A DNA stretch of 64,000 nt from Felis catus (taxonomy: Eukaryota), in the NCBI RefSeq assembly GCF_018350175.1, contig NC_058383.1, forward strand, positions 24,678,001 to 24,742,000. The letters run 5' to 3'. A program made the translations under genes and the position numbers. Each line of letters opens with the position of its first letter. Within the stretch, counting starts at the first letter, position 1. The notes under the pieces were generated by a model. It had not been told where the DNA came from and did no database searches. It saw nothing but the letters and a program-made list of their open reading frames with translations. Below, one piece after another: positions 47,934 to 60,973 of this stretch.

Positions 47934-50900
47934 TGGCTCTATCCCAGGAGCAGCAGCAGCAGCAGCCGCAGCAAGGATCTGCCTGCTGCTCTGTAGCCAA
48001 CTGAGGGATTGGACCTTTCTGGAAATTACTGAAGATCCAGATATTTTCTACTTTACACCTTTCTCTGCCTTGTATCTGAAAGGGCTCTAAAATGCTGTAT
48101 CATGTTTTAGGCACTTTCTTCACTTTTTGGTTATTTTGGTTATTTCTTTTTTTGGGGGGGTTCCCCCAAAATATTTGAACCTGGCTACATGTTGTGTATC
48201 TTTTTTTTGAAGCCTTCAGATAGAATAAGCCTGCCATTTCTTGCACAAATTAGATTTTTTTTTTTTTTTGTGGGGGAGGGTATAGAGCAGGGAGGGGGGA
48301 ATGGGATGGTTAGGTTGAATTAACATTACAAGATGATACAGTGCCAGATCTCAGTTTTGCATATTCTGTTTTTCAGGGCAGGTCTGTACTGTGTGTAGTG
48401 CTGTTTACATGGTTGGATTTAGGTTATAATAATTATTTTAAAAGATTTACACAGAATTGAATAGCAGTGTTAACTGTTAACCATATTGCATTAATTCCCA
48501 GGCGATTTAAAGCTCTTGGAGAGCCAAGGCCAGCCAAGAGCATTTGTAGTCTGGTGACAACCCCCTTTTAAGCTAATTTATCCGAACCCCTTTTCTTCAC
48601 TTCTTGCTCATTCCTTCTTTGACCTATTTCATTTCATGTTGCATTTATCCATCAACATGCTGCACCTGTCAGTCAAGTGAGCAGTTTTTTTTTATACCAC
48701 ATTGTACTGAGAACCACTTAAGCATTGAATGCAGAGAAAGCAGTGCTACCTCAGTTTTGCTGGAAGTAGACTTTGATAGTTTTCTTTTTTTTTTTTTTTT
48801 TTTTTATGAATTTTCTGTATTTTCATGTTGTAGGTGAAAATACCTTTTTTTTTTTTTTTTCATTTGCCTTGGAGCCAAAGTTTCTGTTCCTGGTGGTCGG
48901 AAAACTGTGCCTGCCGGCCAACTGACTTGAAGGAAAACTGTGGTATGGAGCTCTGCTTGAATTTTTTTTTTTTTTTAATATTTTTTTTGATTATCATCAG
49001 CTTACTTGTCTGGCAAGTGCAGAAGCCTGGGACTGGCCTGAACTCTGCCAAACAAATATAGAAGTGTATTTAATAGTTAAACTTGTGCCCTTTCCCTTCT
49101 TGCTGCACCCATGTTGTCACTTAATCCCCAGGAGTTATTTATTACCTTCTTTGTTAATGTCAAGCTCATTTGGGGTAATGTGATAACTGTTTAGGTTTAC
49201 ATGACCCTCCTCTCTTTTTCCCTACCCCCAAATATGTATATATACATATATAAGATATGTATATATTTTACCTATATAAAATATATATATACACATATAT
49301 GTATCTATATTCCTTTATTTCTTTGCCTGCTAAAACTGGCCATAAAAGAGGGAGCTGCCTTCAATATATAAAGCATAAGAAGAGTGCCAGGGAATGTCAT
49401 AAATGGAGGCTTTTGAACCTGAATTTGGACCATTTTCACTAAAGAGAAGATGAATTTTCTCAGCCCTTTCCTCATACGAGGGAGGGCCAGTTCCCCAGAC
49501 TCCTTTACGTGCTCGCTCCATAAGGTCTGCTTTGGCCATACTGCCACACGGGAGCTGACTCTGGTCCTACCCAGTTTCAGTAGAGGGTCCTCTTGGTATT
49601 TTTCCATTTAAAAAAACGGCCTCAAAAAACTGTACTGGAAGGGTGGGTGGCAGGAACTTGTATAGTTCAGCTTCCAACACTTTGGAATAGATTGAAAAGG
49701 GAATCTTTGAATAAAAACTTTTAAAATATTTATACTCTTGAGATAATGAGAGTTTGTCTATTAAACATTTGGAGTTTTCTTCCCTAACTACTCCCATCTG
49801 CCTCCCAGGTATGTTTCTCAGCCTGGGCAGAATTTGCTTATTTTGAGTTCCTTTATTAGTAGTCTATGGCTCCAGGCTCCCATCTTTCCAAAGAGGATTA
49901 TTTAAAGAGTTTCTGCAGTCGATGTTTTCTAAGATTGACAATGACCTAGGAAATGTACTTGGGGGGTTGATTTTTTTTTTTTTTTTTTAAAGCCCCTAAA
50001 CCTTACAGTTGCTTCTTCTAGAGGACTAGAAGGGAAACTTTCAAATCAGCCACAGCAAGTTAGCAGTACTGCTGGAAAGCTGAAGAGGGTCTCAGGCCAG
50101 ATGTCCGGCTTTTGTTCTAGCCTAAGACACAAGTTCCTTGAATAAAGAGAGTTTTTAGGGGCCCATTGGGTTTTGTGGGCTCAACTGTAGTCAGGGTGCC
50201 CAGACTGAGGTCTTAAAGGGGGAATGCCTTTTTATCCAGCCAGTCTGCGACGTCTAGTTTTTCCTGATTCTGGACTCGGTCAAGGTTGAAAAGGGAGAAA
50301 GGCAGGCTGCTTCTCCTAGTCCGGTAAGGCTCTCTTCTTAGATGACAAGGGTATATGGAGAGAAGTGCACAAAAGAGGGAGGCACTGAGGATCCTGAGGA
50401 CTCTGGAGAAACTGGATTCCTTTCCCAGCCTACAAGGTAGCATTCCATGCATGAGGTGTACTAGACTGGGTGGATTTTGTAAATTAACTATTCAGCCTCC
50501 CCACCCTCCAGAAAAGGGCCAGTAAAGAACTTATTTTTGGTTATATTTTTAATGATGTATTTGTTACAGAAATGCAAATGAGAAACCAGAAAAGGGAGCC
50601 GTTAGGGAAGGACTTAAAGGGTCCTTCCAGGTTTGACTTCATGATGCAAGGAATTCAAGCTTCCACAGTAGCTCTGCGCCAATGTTTGACTACAGGAAAA
50701 GCAATTTTGCAAAGGGATCGAAGATGGGTGTGTATGTAGGATTTGTAGTCATTTCTGGGAAGTGAAAGGTCTCTGGTCCTTTTAACCTAGAAACAGGTTT
50801 TCTGTTTAATGGGTGAGCAGTAATTGTGTGGAAGAGGCCAAATGCGTGCCCCTCAGGTAAGCCAGTGCACTCTTCACTTTAACAATGTAACACCAGGGTG

Positions 50901-52740
50901 GTGTGAAGAGGGGCAGGATATGGATGCAATTTTGAAAATAGGCAAATATTTGAGGGTAACTACAATACATTGAATACGTATTGGGGAATTCTTGGTTTTC
51001 AGCAAATGGCTGAGTTTGTGGTTAGTGATTAGAAAGCTGTATGAGATGAAGTGTTGCTTCATTGAAATGCTCTTCCCCCATCCCTGCCATATTTGAATGT
51101 ATCATTAACCCCACCTATTGTAATGACTTTGCTGTGCTTCAGCTGGTTGCCTCAACAGTATTTCCTCATCTGTGCCAGATGTGCTCACATCTGTGAGATG
51201 TGAGATAGGTCCCAGACACCATGTCTACCCTTCCAATAAGAAGTATTAGAGCTGGGTAAAGATCCCAATTTCAACCAAGCCCATAGGCCCAAAGAAATCC
51301 AACTGAAAATGTACAGGGCAGTGTTTTTGACATTAAAACTTTCCTAAGGAAGGCACAAACTAGCCTTCTTAGGAAGAAGGGATTAAGCCACAAAGTATTT
51401 AATCAGTCTTTGAAACAGTCTTGATTTCCCAGAGGCTGATGCCAAATTCAGCCCTCATTGCTGGAGCCTGTAGGATGTGGGACTCCATAGTTCGTGTGAT
51501 GGCCTCAAATACTCTACACTATGCCAAATTGCATTAAACAATAGTGGGAAATTACTGGGATAAGGACTTGGGTCTAAAAGTTGAAGAACCAAAATATCCG
51601 TATTTAGGACTTTGGTTTGCCACATTTAAAGTGAAGTCTTGAGTGTAGTGAAGCCCAGAAGTAGACCCAATTATGCAATTATAAGGGCTGGAGAGAAGAT
51701 GCTGCTAGGTTTGTTTTGTTTTAGCTGCCTGCTTTCGCCTTTTTCTTGTGTCTCTAATGTTTGATTAGTGATGACTTGAACATCTTGGCAACTGACAAAG
51801 GTCTTCAGTGGTGGGCTCTAGCAGTATCTTGTTTAGAAAGGACTATTAAAAGTTAGTACAGTATGTTGAGACTCACTTGAGGACATTCACATTGATCCTC
51901 AACTTACTCCATAATCTGTTTTTTGAATCTTACAGGGTGGTTCCCACTCACCCCTTTCAGAATTTATTCCTATAAGCTGTAATTATAGCATATATCCAGT
52001 TTAATCTGGACTGGGGGCCGTGTTTTAGTGAGGATCTGCAGGTGTTTTTTCTTACTGAAAGACAGACTTGAGCACTGGTTGCAGACGCCAAGATGATTTA
52101 TATAGCTTTGAGTAACCGTCAGGTACTGCGGCATCACATCCTCCCTATTCCTCTTGGAAACTAAGCCTGCTTTCATAGATACCTTTTTCCACCATGCACC
52201 TTCCCTTCTTTCAGTATAATCTTGGATAATGCCAAAGGAAGCCATTCAACAGAAGCACACCTCCCCCCACCCACCGCCCCTGCCATTTATTCTGGGGGAC
52301 GTGTCTTCCCTCTGACTCTGGTCCCCAGCCCCGAATCTGTAATAAACTCCTCTTACCTGTTGCACTAATGAATATAATTCTGGGTTTCAAAGGGGGAATT
52401 TGAAGCAATAGGCAAATGGGGCTTGGATGAATTGGTCCTACAGATACCCTGCCTTAACCCACTGAGGTGATGAGTCCACTACTCATGTGACCCTCCACCT
52501 TTGTGGATTCCTCTTGGTTTGTGACCGGTCTGTTTCTTGAGGTTGTACAAACTTGTTGACAAAGGTCAATACTTTTGTTTGTATTCTCTGCACTGTTGCA
52601 CTCTCCAAATGGCCCCTTGAATATTTTTAACTTGTTACACACGTTTTGGTCTTTGTCTACATTTTTCTTTTGATGTTTTTGTTTTTTTATTTGAAAGGTT
52701 ACCTGCTGTTGGATTTAATAAATTTGTTTACTTGACTGTT
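47934..52740 (+). other. DCUN1D3: DCUN1D3 long 3'UTR
   Basis: AU-rich, free of Can-SINEs, ends in a U-rich block with AATAAA at 52717-52722. Other AATAAA at 49710, 50141 and 52341. Confidence 0.65.
52717..52722 (+). terminator. Candidate distal polyadenylation signal of DCUN1D3
   Basis: AATAAA preceded by a U-rich region and TGTA (52544), followed by TTTGTTTACTTGACTGTT. Confidence 0.6.
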
Positions 52741-54779
52741 GACAATTGTGAGAGAGAAAAAAACAAAACAAAACAAAACCAGTGACTTAATTCTGGGGCA
52801 AGATTTACCCACCAGGAGCCTCTTCCAACGTGATATTGGATAGCAGTTTCTATGCTTTGGAAAATAATCCAGATGGTACAGGATCCTCAGACTTCAAACA
52901 TGGATGTTGGCTTCCCACTCACAAACTTAAAGGCCTTTGGGTCATAATACTTGTAGGCAAAAGGCAAATGAGTCCTCAGAGGGCCACTACTTAAATAGTC
53001 TTACCAGAACAACTGATTTGGATTCCCATGAGGAACAAAAAGTGAATGTGAGCACTGTGCTAATGGATGGCTCCTACATCAGGTTGGCAGTGATTAAGGC
53101 AAAGGAGACCAGCTGAAACTGTCAAGTGCCACTGCTGTGTGACCTTTGGCAAGTTAGTGAAATTCTGAGTTTCCTTATACTCATCTGTAAACTCAAGAGA
53201 CTATTTCCATCAGAGTGTTAGGATTTAAAAGAGTCTTTATAAAAAGCACCTAAATCACGTAAGTTTAAGGTTTCCAAAAGGATGTCAGGTGAGTAATGGC
53301 AAGGAATCCAGAGAAGAGGAGATGGGGGCGGGGGGGGTTGGCATGATCACACATGACCTTTCACAAGTCACTACCCCTCCTGGGGGCTTAACGTCCCTCT
53401 GTGCCAAATTGGGGGGTGGGGGGATGGGAGTGCTTAGACTAACATGATTCCTGATGGCTCTCTTTGGCTCATACATCCTAGAAGTCTGATTATGGTAGAC
53501 CAGTTATGACCCTTAGCTTCCTTTCATTGTATTTTCTGTCTTGTTATTGTTTGTATTCAGGAAAGCTATTGGCCAGCCATCTTACTCACTTCTTTGATGG
53601 AGGCCCTAATGACCTTCCTAAAGACTTCCAGCCTCATGTTGGTATCTCCTAAAAATAAGTAAGTACAGTGGTGGGACTAGATGTGCTTTTGTTTTTCCTT
53701 TCAGTTGGAAAGGATTTGGGAGTCATGGCTACATCCTCTAGCTAGGGACAGGGTTATAGGGTTTCCTCAATGAACTGGAATTTTTTTTCTTCTCTTACCC
53801 TTATTACCAAGGTTAGCATCAGATGGAGGCTGGAAGGAAACCTAGGGGAGGAGTGGTGACTTTTTTCCCCTCACTTAAAGTGCATCTCCAAAACATGTAC
53901 TTATTCCCCAATTGGCTCTTGGGCTTGTGTCTGCTGTGCTTTGGCCTTTCTGAGGTATTGAGCCCAGCCAGGGCCTTAACAAACAGAGGTTTGGAGAATT
54001 ACACAGTGAAAGATACTGATTTGGGTGCTTATATAGAGCCTGGAGCTATTCAAAGTGTTGTTATGGTGCTATACAGCTGTATAGATAATATAGGGCTAAA
54101 ATCCAATTTATTTTTTGATGAGGGGCAAGCAACTTCTTCACACCAGAGATGAGCTTAACTCTGCATATAGAATGGACAGTTCGTAGCAAGACAGATACAA
54201 CAGAAGGTAGTGCTAAGGGTCCAGAGACGTACAGAAGAGTCACCCTAGCACTGGCCTCTTCTCTCTTCTCAAATCCAGTTGCCAAAAGCACATGGCTGGG
54301 TTGCCTCTAGAAGTCCTCTTTTAGCTCTGGGTTTTGATCTAGGCTCAAAAGGGTTAGTCTGCCTGGAAAGGAAAGGTAAGGGAGCCAGCCCAACTTCTCC
54401 CATTTCCTTTCCTTTGCTATGACTTCTCAGGAGGCCCTGTCTTTTGAAAGCCATAAGGCTCTTATCTGGGCTTAATATTCTTCCTATGTAATGTTCCAAC
54501 CTTGATTCTCTTGCCTTAGGGGTGCTGAAAAAGTCCTAGTGAAATATGGCAGCAGTGCAGTCAACAACAAAGCATCTGACTGTAGTGTTGTATAATCCAT
54601 GCTGATGGGGACTCTCCATGGCCCTGTGTTTATCTGGGGTGGTGCTGCTGAAATTGCTAGTATGTTAAAATATAGAGCTACAAAATGGAAAGGCACCTTT
54701 TGTAAGAAAAGACAGAAGAAAACAGTGACACAGGCTCTTGCATACATGGCCTTACATAGTAAAGGACACATCCTCCGTG

Positions 54780-55500
54780 ATTGGGTAAGTAGAGATAGAT
54801 AAATGGGTAAAATCTAAATATTTGGGGAAAAGTTGTCACATGCCAAAATAAATTACAGGAAGAATAAAAGTAAAAGTGTAAAAATTAAATTATTTAAAAA
54901 TATATATATACACACACACTTGTCAGTGGCTATTAATCTCTGAATCAAGAAGACTTTCTAAATACAAGAGCAAATAGAACAAATCATAAAAGACTTCTAA
55001 AACTATCTTTAAAAAGTAGAAACATTTTTACAATAATAAACCAATGGGACACTGTACTTAATCCATAGGGAGACCTTAAAGAAAAACAACTGGCCAAAAA
55101 ACTTCTGAAAAAAATAGATGTGAATCTACAGTATATTCAAATAAATAGAAATTAAAGCTGTACTGAAAAGTTTTTTTTTTTTAATTTTTATTTTAATCTA
55201 TCAAACTGGCAAGATTTGAAACAAATCCATGTTAGTAAACACAAGGTAAAAGCTTATATGGAATTAAAAAAAAAAACAAAACCTTAAGTGTCCATACTCT
55301 TTAACCCAATAATTTCACTTCTAGGAATGTTTCCTCAAGAAATATTATCTGTCAAAGATGTTGTGCAAGGATATAATTGATAGCATTAGTTGGGAACAAC
55401 TTCAGTGTCAACAACAGGGGGCAGTTTTAGAAATTATGGCACATATCAACATGTTGGAATATTATGCAGCTGTTAAAATCTCTGCTTTTATATAATGGAA
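54780..55500 (+). mobile_element. Degraded L1M fragments
   Basis: CCATACTCTTTAACCCAATAATTTCACTTCTAGGAAT, GGAATATTATGCAGCTGTTAAAA. Confidence 0.65.
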
Positions 55501-56139
55501 AAAGGATGATAGACTAAAATAGGGGCAGTTGTTGACTCTAAGTGGTGGGAACAGATGTGACTAACTTTTCTGGATTTTCCAAGTTGCCATTAATTGGTCC
55601 TCTTTATAATAGGGAAGAGGTTTTTTACAAAAGGGGGTACAAAAGGAAATTGCAAATGGCTAAGTGTCCTGAATAATTCTATGGGTGAGGAGGTTAGAAA
55701 TTTGGGAGTAATATGTTCAAAGCCTAAACCAAGAGTTCTGTAAAAACTCTTGGGAGTTGCTTTTTTCCCCCACAAACGAGAAGCTGCTTCTCCAGCAGCT
55801 GCCTTGGCAGCTCTGCATTGGCTGCCTAGAAGGGTGTGGGAGGAAAAATGCACAAATGCACTTATGAATGGAATGTGTGTTTTGCAAGAGGCCAAGTTGG
55901 CAGCTTTGGCTTCCAAAAGGTGGGAGCATCAGCTGAAAGAACAGAGTGTGCAGACTTGAGGCCTCAGAGACCTTATGGTCTAGGCCCAACTCTGCTGAGT
56001 TCTGGAGTTGGGGGCCCACTGGGAAACCTCCCATCCAGGAGAAGGAAATGATCTTGGCTATTCCTAGGAGCAAAGGCAGTGCTCTTGGCACATGGAGCCT
56101 CATCTGTTCTGTGATCCCACACTTGGAAAATGTTTCTCA

Positions 56140-56420
56140 GTAACATGTCATTTATTGAAGACTTAATGTGGGTTTTCCCTAATTTAATCCTCATAACAAC
56201 CTTATTATGTTAGGTACTAATGTCCCCATTTTAAAGGTGAGGTAACTGAGGCTCAGAGAGGGAAAGTTATATATAGCCCACTATTCTGTCATTTTCCACA
56301 AGCTGGATCTTTGAATTTTCACAATAATCCTTAAAAAGATATGGCCTCATTTTATAAGCTGTGGAACTCTACTCAGATGAGATTAAGTGGCTTGCCCAGA
56401 AGCAGAAGTCTGTCCATATC
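56140..56420 (-). mobile_element. MIR fragments
   Basis: TTTAATCCTCATAACAACC...CCCCATTTTAAAGGTGAGGTAACTGAGGCTCAGAGAGG. Confidence 0.75.
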
Positions 56421-57892
56421 CAAAGGCAGACACTTAATTTGTCTCAGGACTGGAGTCTCAAAAAGTAAACAGCAGTTAAGCTCCTATAGCTTTGGAGCTC
56501 AGCTGGAGGTGGAGAAAGAATCCAGAAGCATTAACTTCAAGATGGTCTCAGGGCCTCACAGTACACCTGGAGAGTTTTCCTCTTTACAAGGGAGCTTTAA
56601 GTGTTGTGTCTCCATCCTAAATCAAAGCTCTTAAGTTCTGGCTCCTGGTTCCCAACTTTTACAGAGGGCCAGCTCTTAACAGAAGTTAAAGGATTAAACA
56701 CTGCCTTATATGCCCAACCTTGAGAGGTAATTTAAGTCTTGTTGTTGTGAAAGTAATATATGGTGATTTAAAACCAAACACAAAAAAGCAATTGGTAAAA
56801 CCTAATCTTCCAATCTCACTAGTAAGAGAAAAACACTGTTCACATTTGGCATACGGTCTTCCAGGTTTTGTTCCAAACTTAGGCATGTCTTGGTGTACCT
56901 TTTTCTACAAACTACACACACTATTCAGTAACCCTCTATATTTCCTACAACATATATTGGGAATACATAATCACATCTTCACAAAAATCCCATAAGGTAG
57001 GTATGTACCATTACTGTCCCAAACACAGAAAGTTCATACAATATGTTCAAGTTCATACAATATGTAGGAAAGCTAGGATTCAGAGTCAGTCTGTATCCAG
57101 AGGTCCACTTCCACTTAATAGCTACCAAGAATTCCACTGTGCTCACTCTGATATCTGCTCCGTACGTGTTTATGTGAAACTATCCTATAATGATAGGATA
57201 TTCCTACAGAAGTGGAATTGCTGGGTCCCCATCTATGAAACAATTTATAAGGGTTTTGGTGTGATACATACTGTATACTGGATTAGTTCATCTTTTCTAG
57301 AGGGCAGCTAAGTATCTCTGTTTTGGAGTTGTGTGTGCCTGTACCCATGTCCTTTCCAACACAGAATGTTAATATTTTAGGAGGTGATAAAAAAGAGCAG
57401 TAGCTTTTACTGAAATTGAAGCTTCCAGTTCTAAGGGGAAGATCTGGTGTGATGGGGCCACCTATTGGTGAAGGGTGACACTGCAGTCTCACTGAAGGGA
57501 AGGAAGCATTCCTAAAAATGGAATTGGAAGGGTGCTTCCAGTGTTGGTAAAAAGCTTAATTAGTCTTCCTCTCTTGTGTTGGGGGGGGAGGGTCTGCCAG
57601 ATTTTCAGTTCAGTCTCTTTTCCCTTCAGTTTTTTAACAGCTGTCAATGAGAAAAGTGTGCCTTAGAGAAATTTGCTTCATAGATAGTATAACTTTGACA
57701 ACCTGCATTAAGGGCTGAATTTTCTCCATACTCAAGTCCCTTTTCCTGGTTTCCTTACCTACATATTACCATTTAATAGGAGTGCTACCTAGGATGAGCA
57801 TGTACTACAATTTCCACTGACACAAAGAAAAGTACAAACTGGTTTCCTTCCCTCACCCCATCTTAAGATCAGGAATGCTTGAATTGTAGGCA

Positions 57893-57898
57893 TTTATT
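57893..57898 (-). terminator. REXO5 polyadenylation signal
   Basis: TTTATT on + (AATAAA on -), ~160 nt after the stop, with TGTA just upstream on the - strand. Confidence 0.75.
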
Positions 57899-58056
57899 GA
57901 AAATTTGTACATGCCATATAAACGTTAGGACTAAACTTCTTAGGTAGTATACCATTTCCACAAAAGTTTGTCTGCTGGAGAGGCTGCAGCCTGACCACAT
58001 TCTCTGCCACTGTCCACAAAGGATGATAAATGGCACATGGAAAATGATGGTCAGAC

Positions 58057-58138
58057 TCACGAACATATTTTTGGGGTGGTGCTTTCCTCTTCATCTTTTA
58101 TTCCCATCAGTCCTAGGCCAGAGAATGATCCATGAGTG
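58057..58138 (-). CDS. REXO5: REXO5 last coding exon (82 nt including stop)
   Basis: Acceptor TTTGTTGCAG|C. (S)THGSFSGLGLMGIKDEEESTTPKICS*, with TGA at 58059-58057. Phase consistent with the previous exon. Confidence 0.92.
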
Positions 58139-59380
58139 CTGCAACAAATGAGTGAAGATAGGTTTCTAATCCACAGGGTTGAAAGAATGGTTACAGACTC
58201 ATAGGTAAGAGGTGGTAAGTTATTTTGGATATATGTATGGGGCAGAGGACAAGCAGGGAGACAGTTTATGGAAAGCTGCCTACTGAAAATGATTCAACAG
58301 AAAGAATACTGACCAGTCCCAGAGGCCTAGAATCAATTCAGCTCTGCCATTTAACAGATGTGAGGCACATCTCAACAAAAGGTGAATAACCTCAAACTGA
58401 GGCTATTGTCTTCAACTATAAAACCATTAAATACTTAAATTAGGATCTCACAGGGCTTTCGTGAGGACTTTAGACAATGATTGATAAAATACATCCTTTC
58501 CTCATATATCATACAGATCATTCACCATGTACCAAGCATTATTTTAAGCACTATATGCATTCTCATTTAATCCTCAAAAGAGCTGCTGTACCTAACGTAG
58601 GTACTGATGCAGGTACAATTGTTACGTCCACTTTTCAGAAAGAACCAGGCACATAGACCTAAAAACTCGCTCAACAAGTTGAGTGACAAAATAATGCATA
58701 TTGTAAAACACTTGGTACAGTTTAGAATTTAGGAGTCAACATTTTAGTTCCCTGCCACCTTGTAGTGAATATTCAAAGAATTGGGTTGGAGGGCTGAGGA
58801 GCTATCCAAGGCAAATCAGGTGGAAATGAGCAAAAACAAACACAGAATCTGTCACTACCTGATGTCTGAACTTATGCTAACAAGCACTAGCCTTTTGGGC
58901 ATGGAAGACTGGAGCTTTGAGTGCTGGAGAGTGGCTCTGGAGTCAGGCCATCAGGGTTCAAATCGTAAAATGTACGTATTAGCTAGTTGTCTGGCCTTCA
59001 GCAAGTTGCTTAACCTGAATCATTTTCTCCACTTGTTAAATGAGCACTCAACAACCTCAACTGAAAACACATGTAAGCATTTAGCACAGTGTCTGACATT
59101 AAGGGTTTGATGAATTATGGCAAATATTGCAATATTTAAAATCTTCATTTTAGCATCTACTGGAAATACAAGGATTAAGAGTTGAGTCAGGCTCCATGCA
59201 TGAGGAAGCCTACATTCTCTGCTACTCCTTCTTCCTGTGCTTTTAACCCTTTCCCAGGGCATTGGGATCATGGAGACAGTTGCCAAAACAAGGCCCAGAG
59301 AACTTAGTCACACAGCAAGCTTATAGTTTAAGGAAATGCATGCTCAACATGGCTATAGAAATCAAGATGTAACTTAAAAA

Positions 59381-59480
59381 TTTTTTTTTTTTTTAGGCTC
59401 CACGTGTGGGGGTTGAACTCCTGATCCTAGATCAAGAGTCACATGCTGTACGGACTGGACTAAGCCAGCCAGGCACTCCC
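59381..59480 (-). mobile_element. Short Can-SINE
   Basis: AGATCAAGAGTCACATGCT...AGCCAGCCAGGCAC; flanking GTAACTT repeats. Confidence 0.8.
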
Positions 59481-60189
59481 TTAACACGTAACTTTTAAAA
59501 GAAAGAAGTAACATCAGGTTTCCTTACTGTAGGCTTTTTGCTATTTCCAGAGTTTTTTCCTGACTTGTTAGATGTGTCTTAGGACCTTTTGCCTTAGAAC
59601 CGAAGCCTTTTTTGCTCCCTGACCACAATGATCCCTTCCTCAAGCTCTCATCCACTGTAGAATAATATCCTGGCCACTTCTGGAAGGAGAAAGCTTTGGC
59701 CTATTCTTAGCTTAGTTTACATACACAATGGAGAATCTAAGAATTCTACCTAGAACAGAAGACCCTTACTCTACCCCCACCTCCACATACTGGCTCTGAC
59801 AAACTATCTCAGGGCAAGTCAGTCTGTTCTTCAGAGTCTCTGCTCTTAACCAAAAAGATTTTTTTGGCAACTTATGGTCACCTTGTGCTGTTAACCTCCA
59901 CAAAAGCCTGTTTAAAGTATATCAGTCTAAGATTTTTTTTTTTTTAACGTAAAGACTTAATGGCAGCTTCTGTTCCTCTCAAGCAATTCTCTCAAGCTGC
60001 CCAAAAGGTAGCCCATCTCACTAGTGGCCCTAAGATGCATGTTACAAGAATTTTATGACAGGAAATTAATGTCTGATCCCATGTTTTAATGCCTGAGGCA
60101 TTCATGTTCTGCCATCTGGGACCTTGGGGGTGGAAAAGAATCCTAGAATGTCAAAATTTTAAGGAAATTTTTCAGAAGTAAATACAATC

Positions 60190-60367
60190 TAGTGATTTTC
60201 AAACCGCTCAAAAGAGCTACAGCCCCCCTTGCCCCCTTCCCCAATATATATGCTCATCCAACTACCCACTCACTCATTCTAGAACTGCCTATCTTTAGCA
60301 TTAGGATTTAACAGCAATTTTTCTTTTAACGAAAAGGTTTTATAGTTGGAAGGTTTGAAAAACACTG
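60190..60367. mobile_element. hAT-Charlie type MITE next to a MIR
   Basis: Imperfect TIRs TAGTGATTTTCAAAC / GTTTGAAAAACACTG. Confidence 0.55.
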
Positions 60368-60854
60368 ATCTACTCCAAATCTCTCATTTTACCAAAGGGA
60401 AATTGAGACCCAGAATGGGAAAGTGGCTTGACCACCTGTCAGGAGATACATGAGTGGCTTGACCACCTATCAGGAGAGCTGGGACTGGACCCAGAGTTCT
60501 GGTCCATTATTCCTCAGGCTTAGAATCAGCAAAACAGGCTCTCTTTGGCAAAGAGGGAGATGGTAGAGAAGGCAGGAACACCTGAAATGTGAGAAAGATC
60601 ATATCTGGTCTAGGCCTTTCCCTAGAATTTTTTGACTTTTTACTCAAGTGGGGTTAGGCAGATGCCTCCTGTCCTATAGAGGCTGCAGGCCCTAAGACCT
60701 TTGGCTTTAAACTGGGATGAGCTATCTCCTTTGGGACTAAAAACAGTAATTGTAGGACATATACATGTAAAATGGATAAAGAGAACATCAACAAAAGGCC
60801 AACGGCTGAAGTCCAGGAGCCAGAATCATGAAGGGACAACCCTTCAGTCCTTAC

Positions 60855-60973
60855 CTCTTGGTTCCTGGCAATAGGATGAGGCAGAGAGTGCCCGGGCTCA
60901 GGCTGTGGTAGAGCTTTCCTATCTTCCGGCCCCAGCGCCAGGCTGCTATCTTTGGGTGGTCCACCTTCAGAAC
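60855..60973 (-). CDS. REXO5: REXO5 penultimate exon (119 nt); not shown in this frame by the ORF track
   Basis: Hand translation VLKVDHPKIAAWRWGRKIGKLYHSLSPGTLCLILLPGTK+AG. Acceptor TTTTATTGTAG, donor AG|GTAAGG, phase 0/2. Confidence 0.92.

Noticed and set aside
47931..47996. Stop-codon readthrough extension of DCUN1D3
   Set aside because: TAG TGG is not a known readthrough context (such as TGA CTAG).
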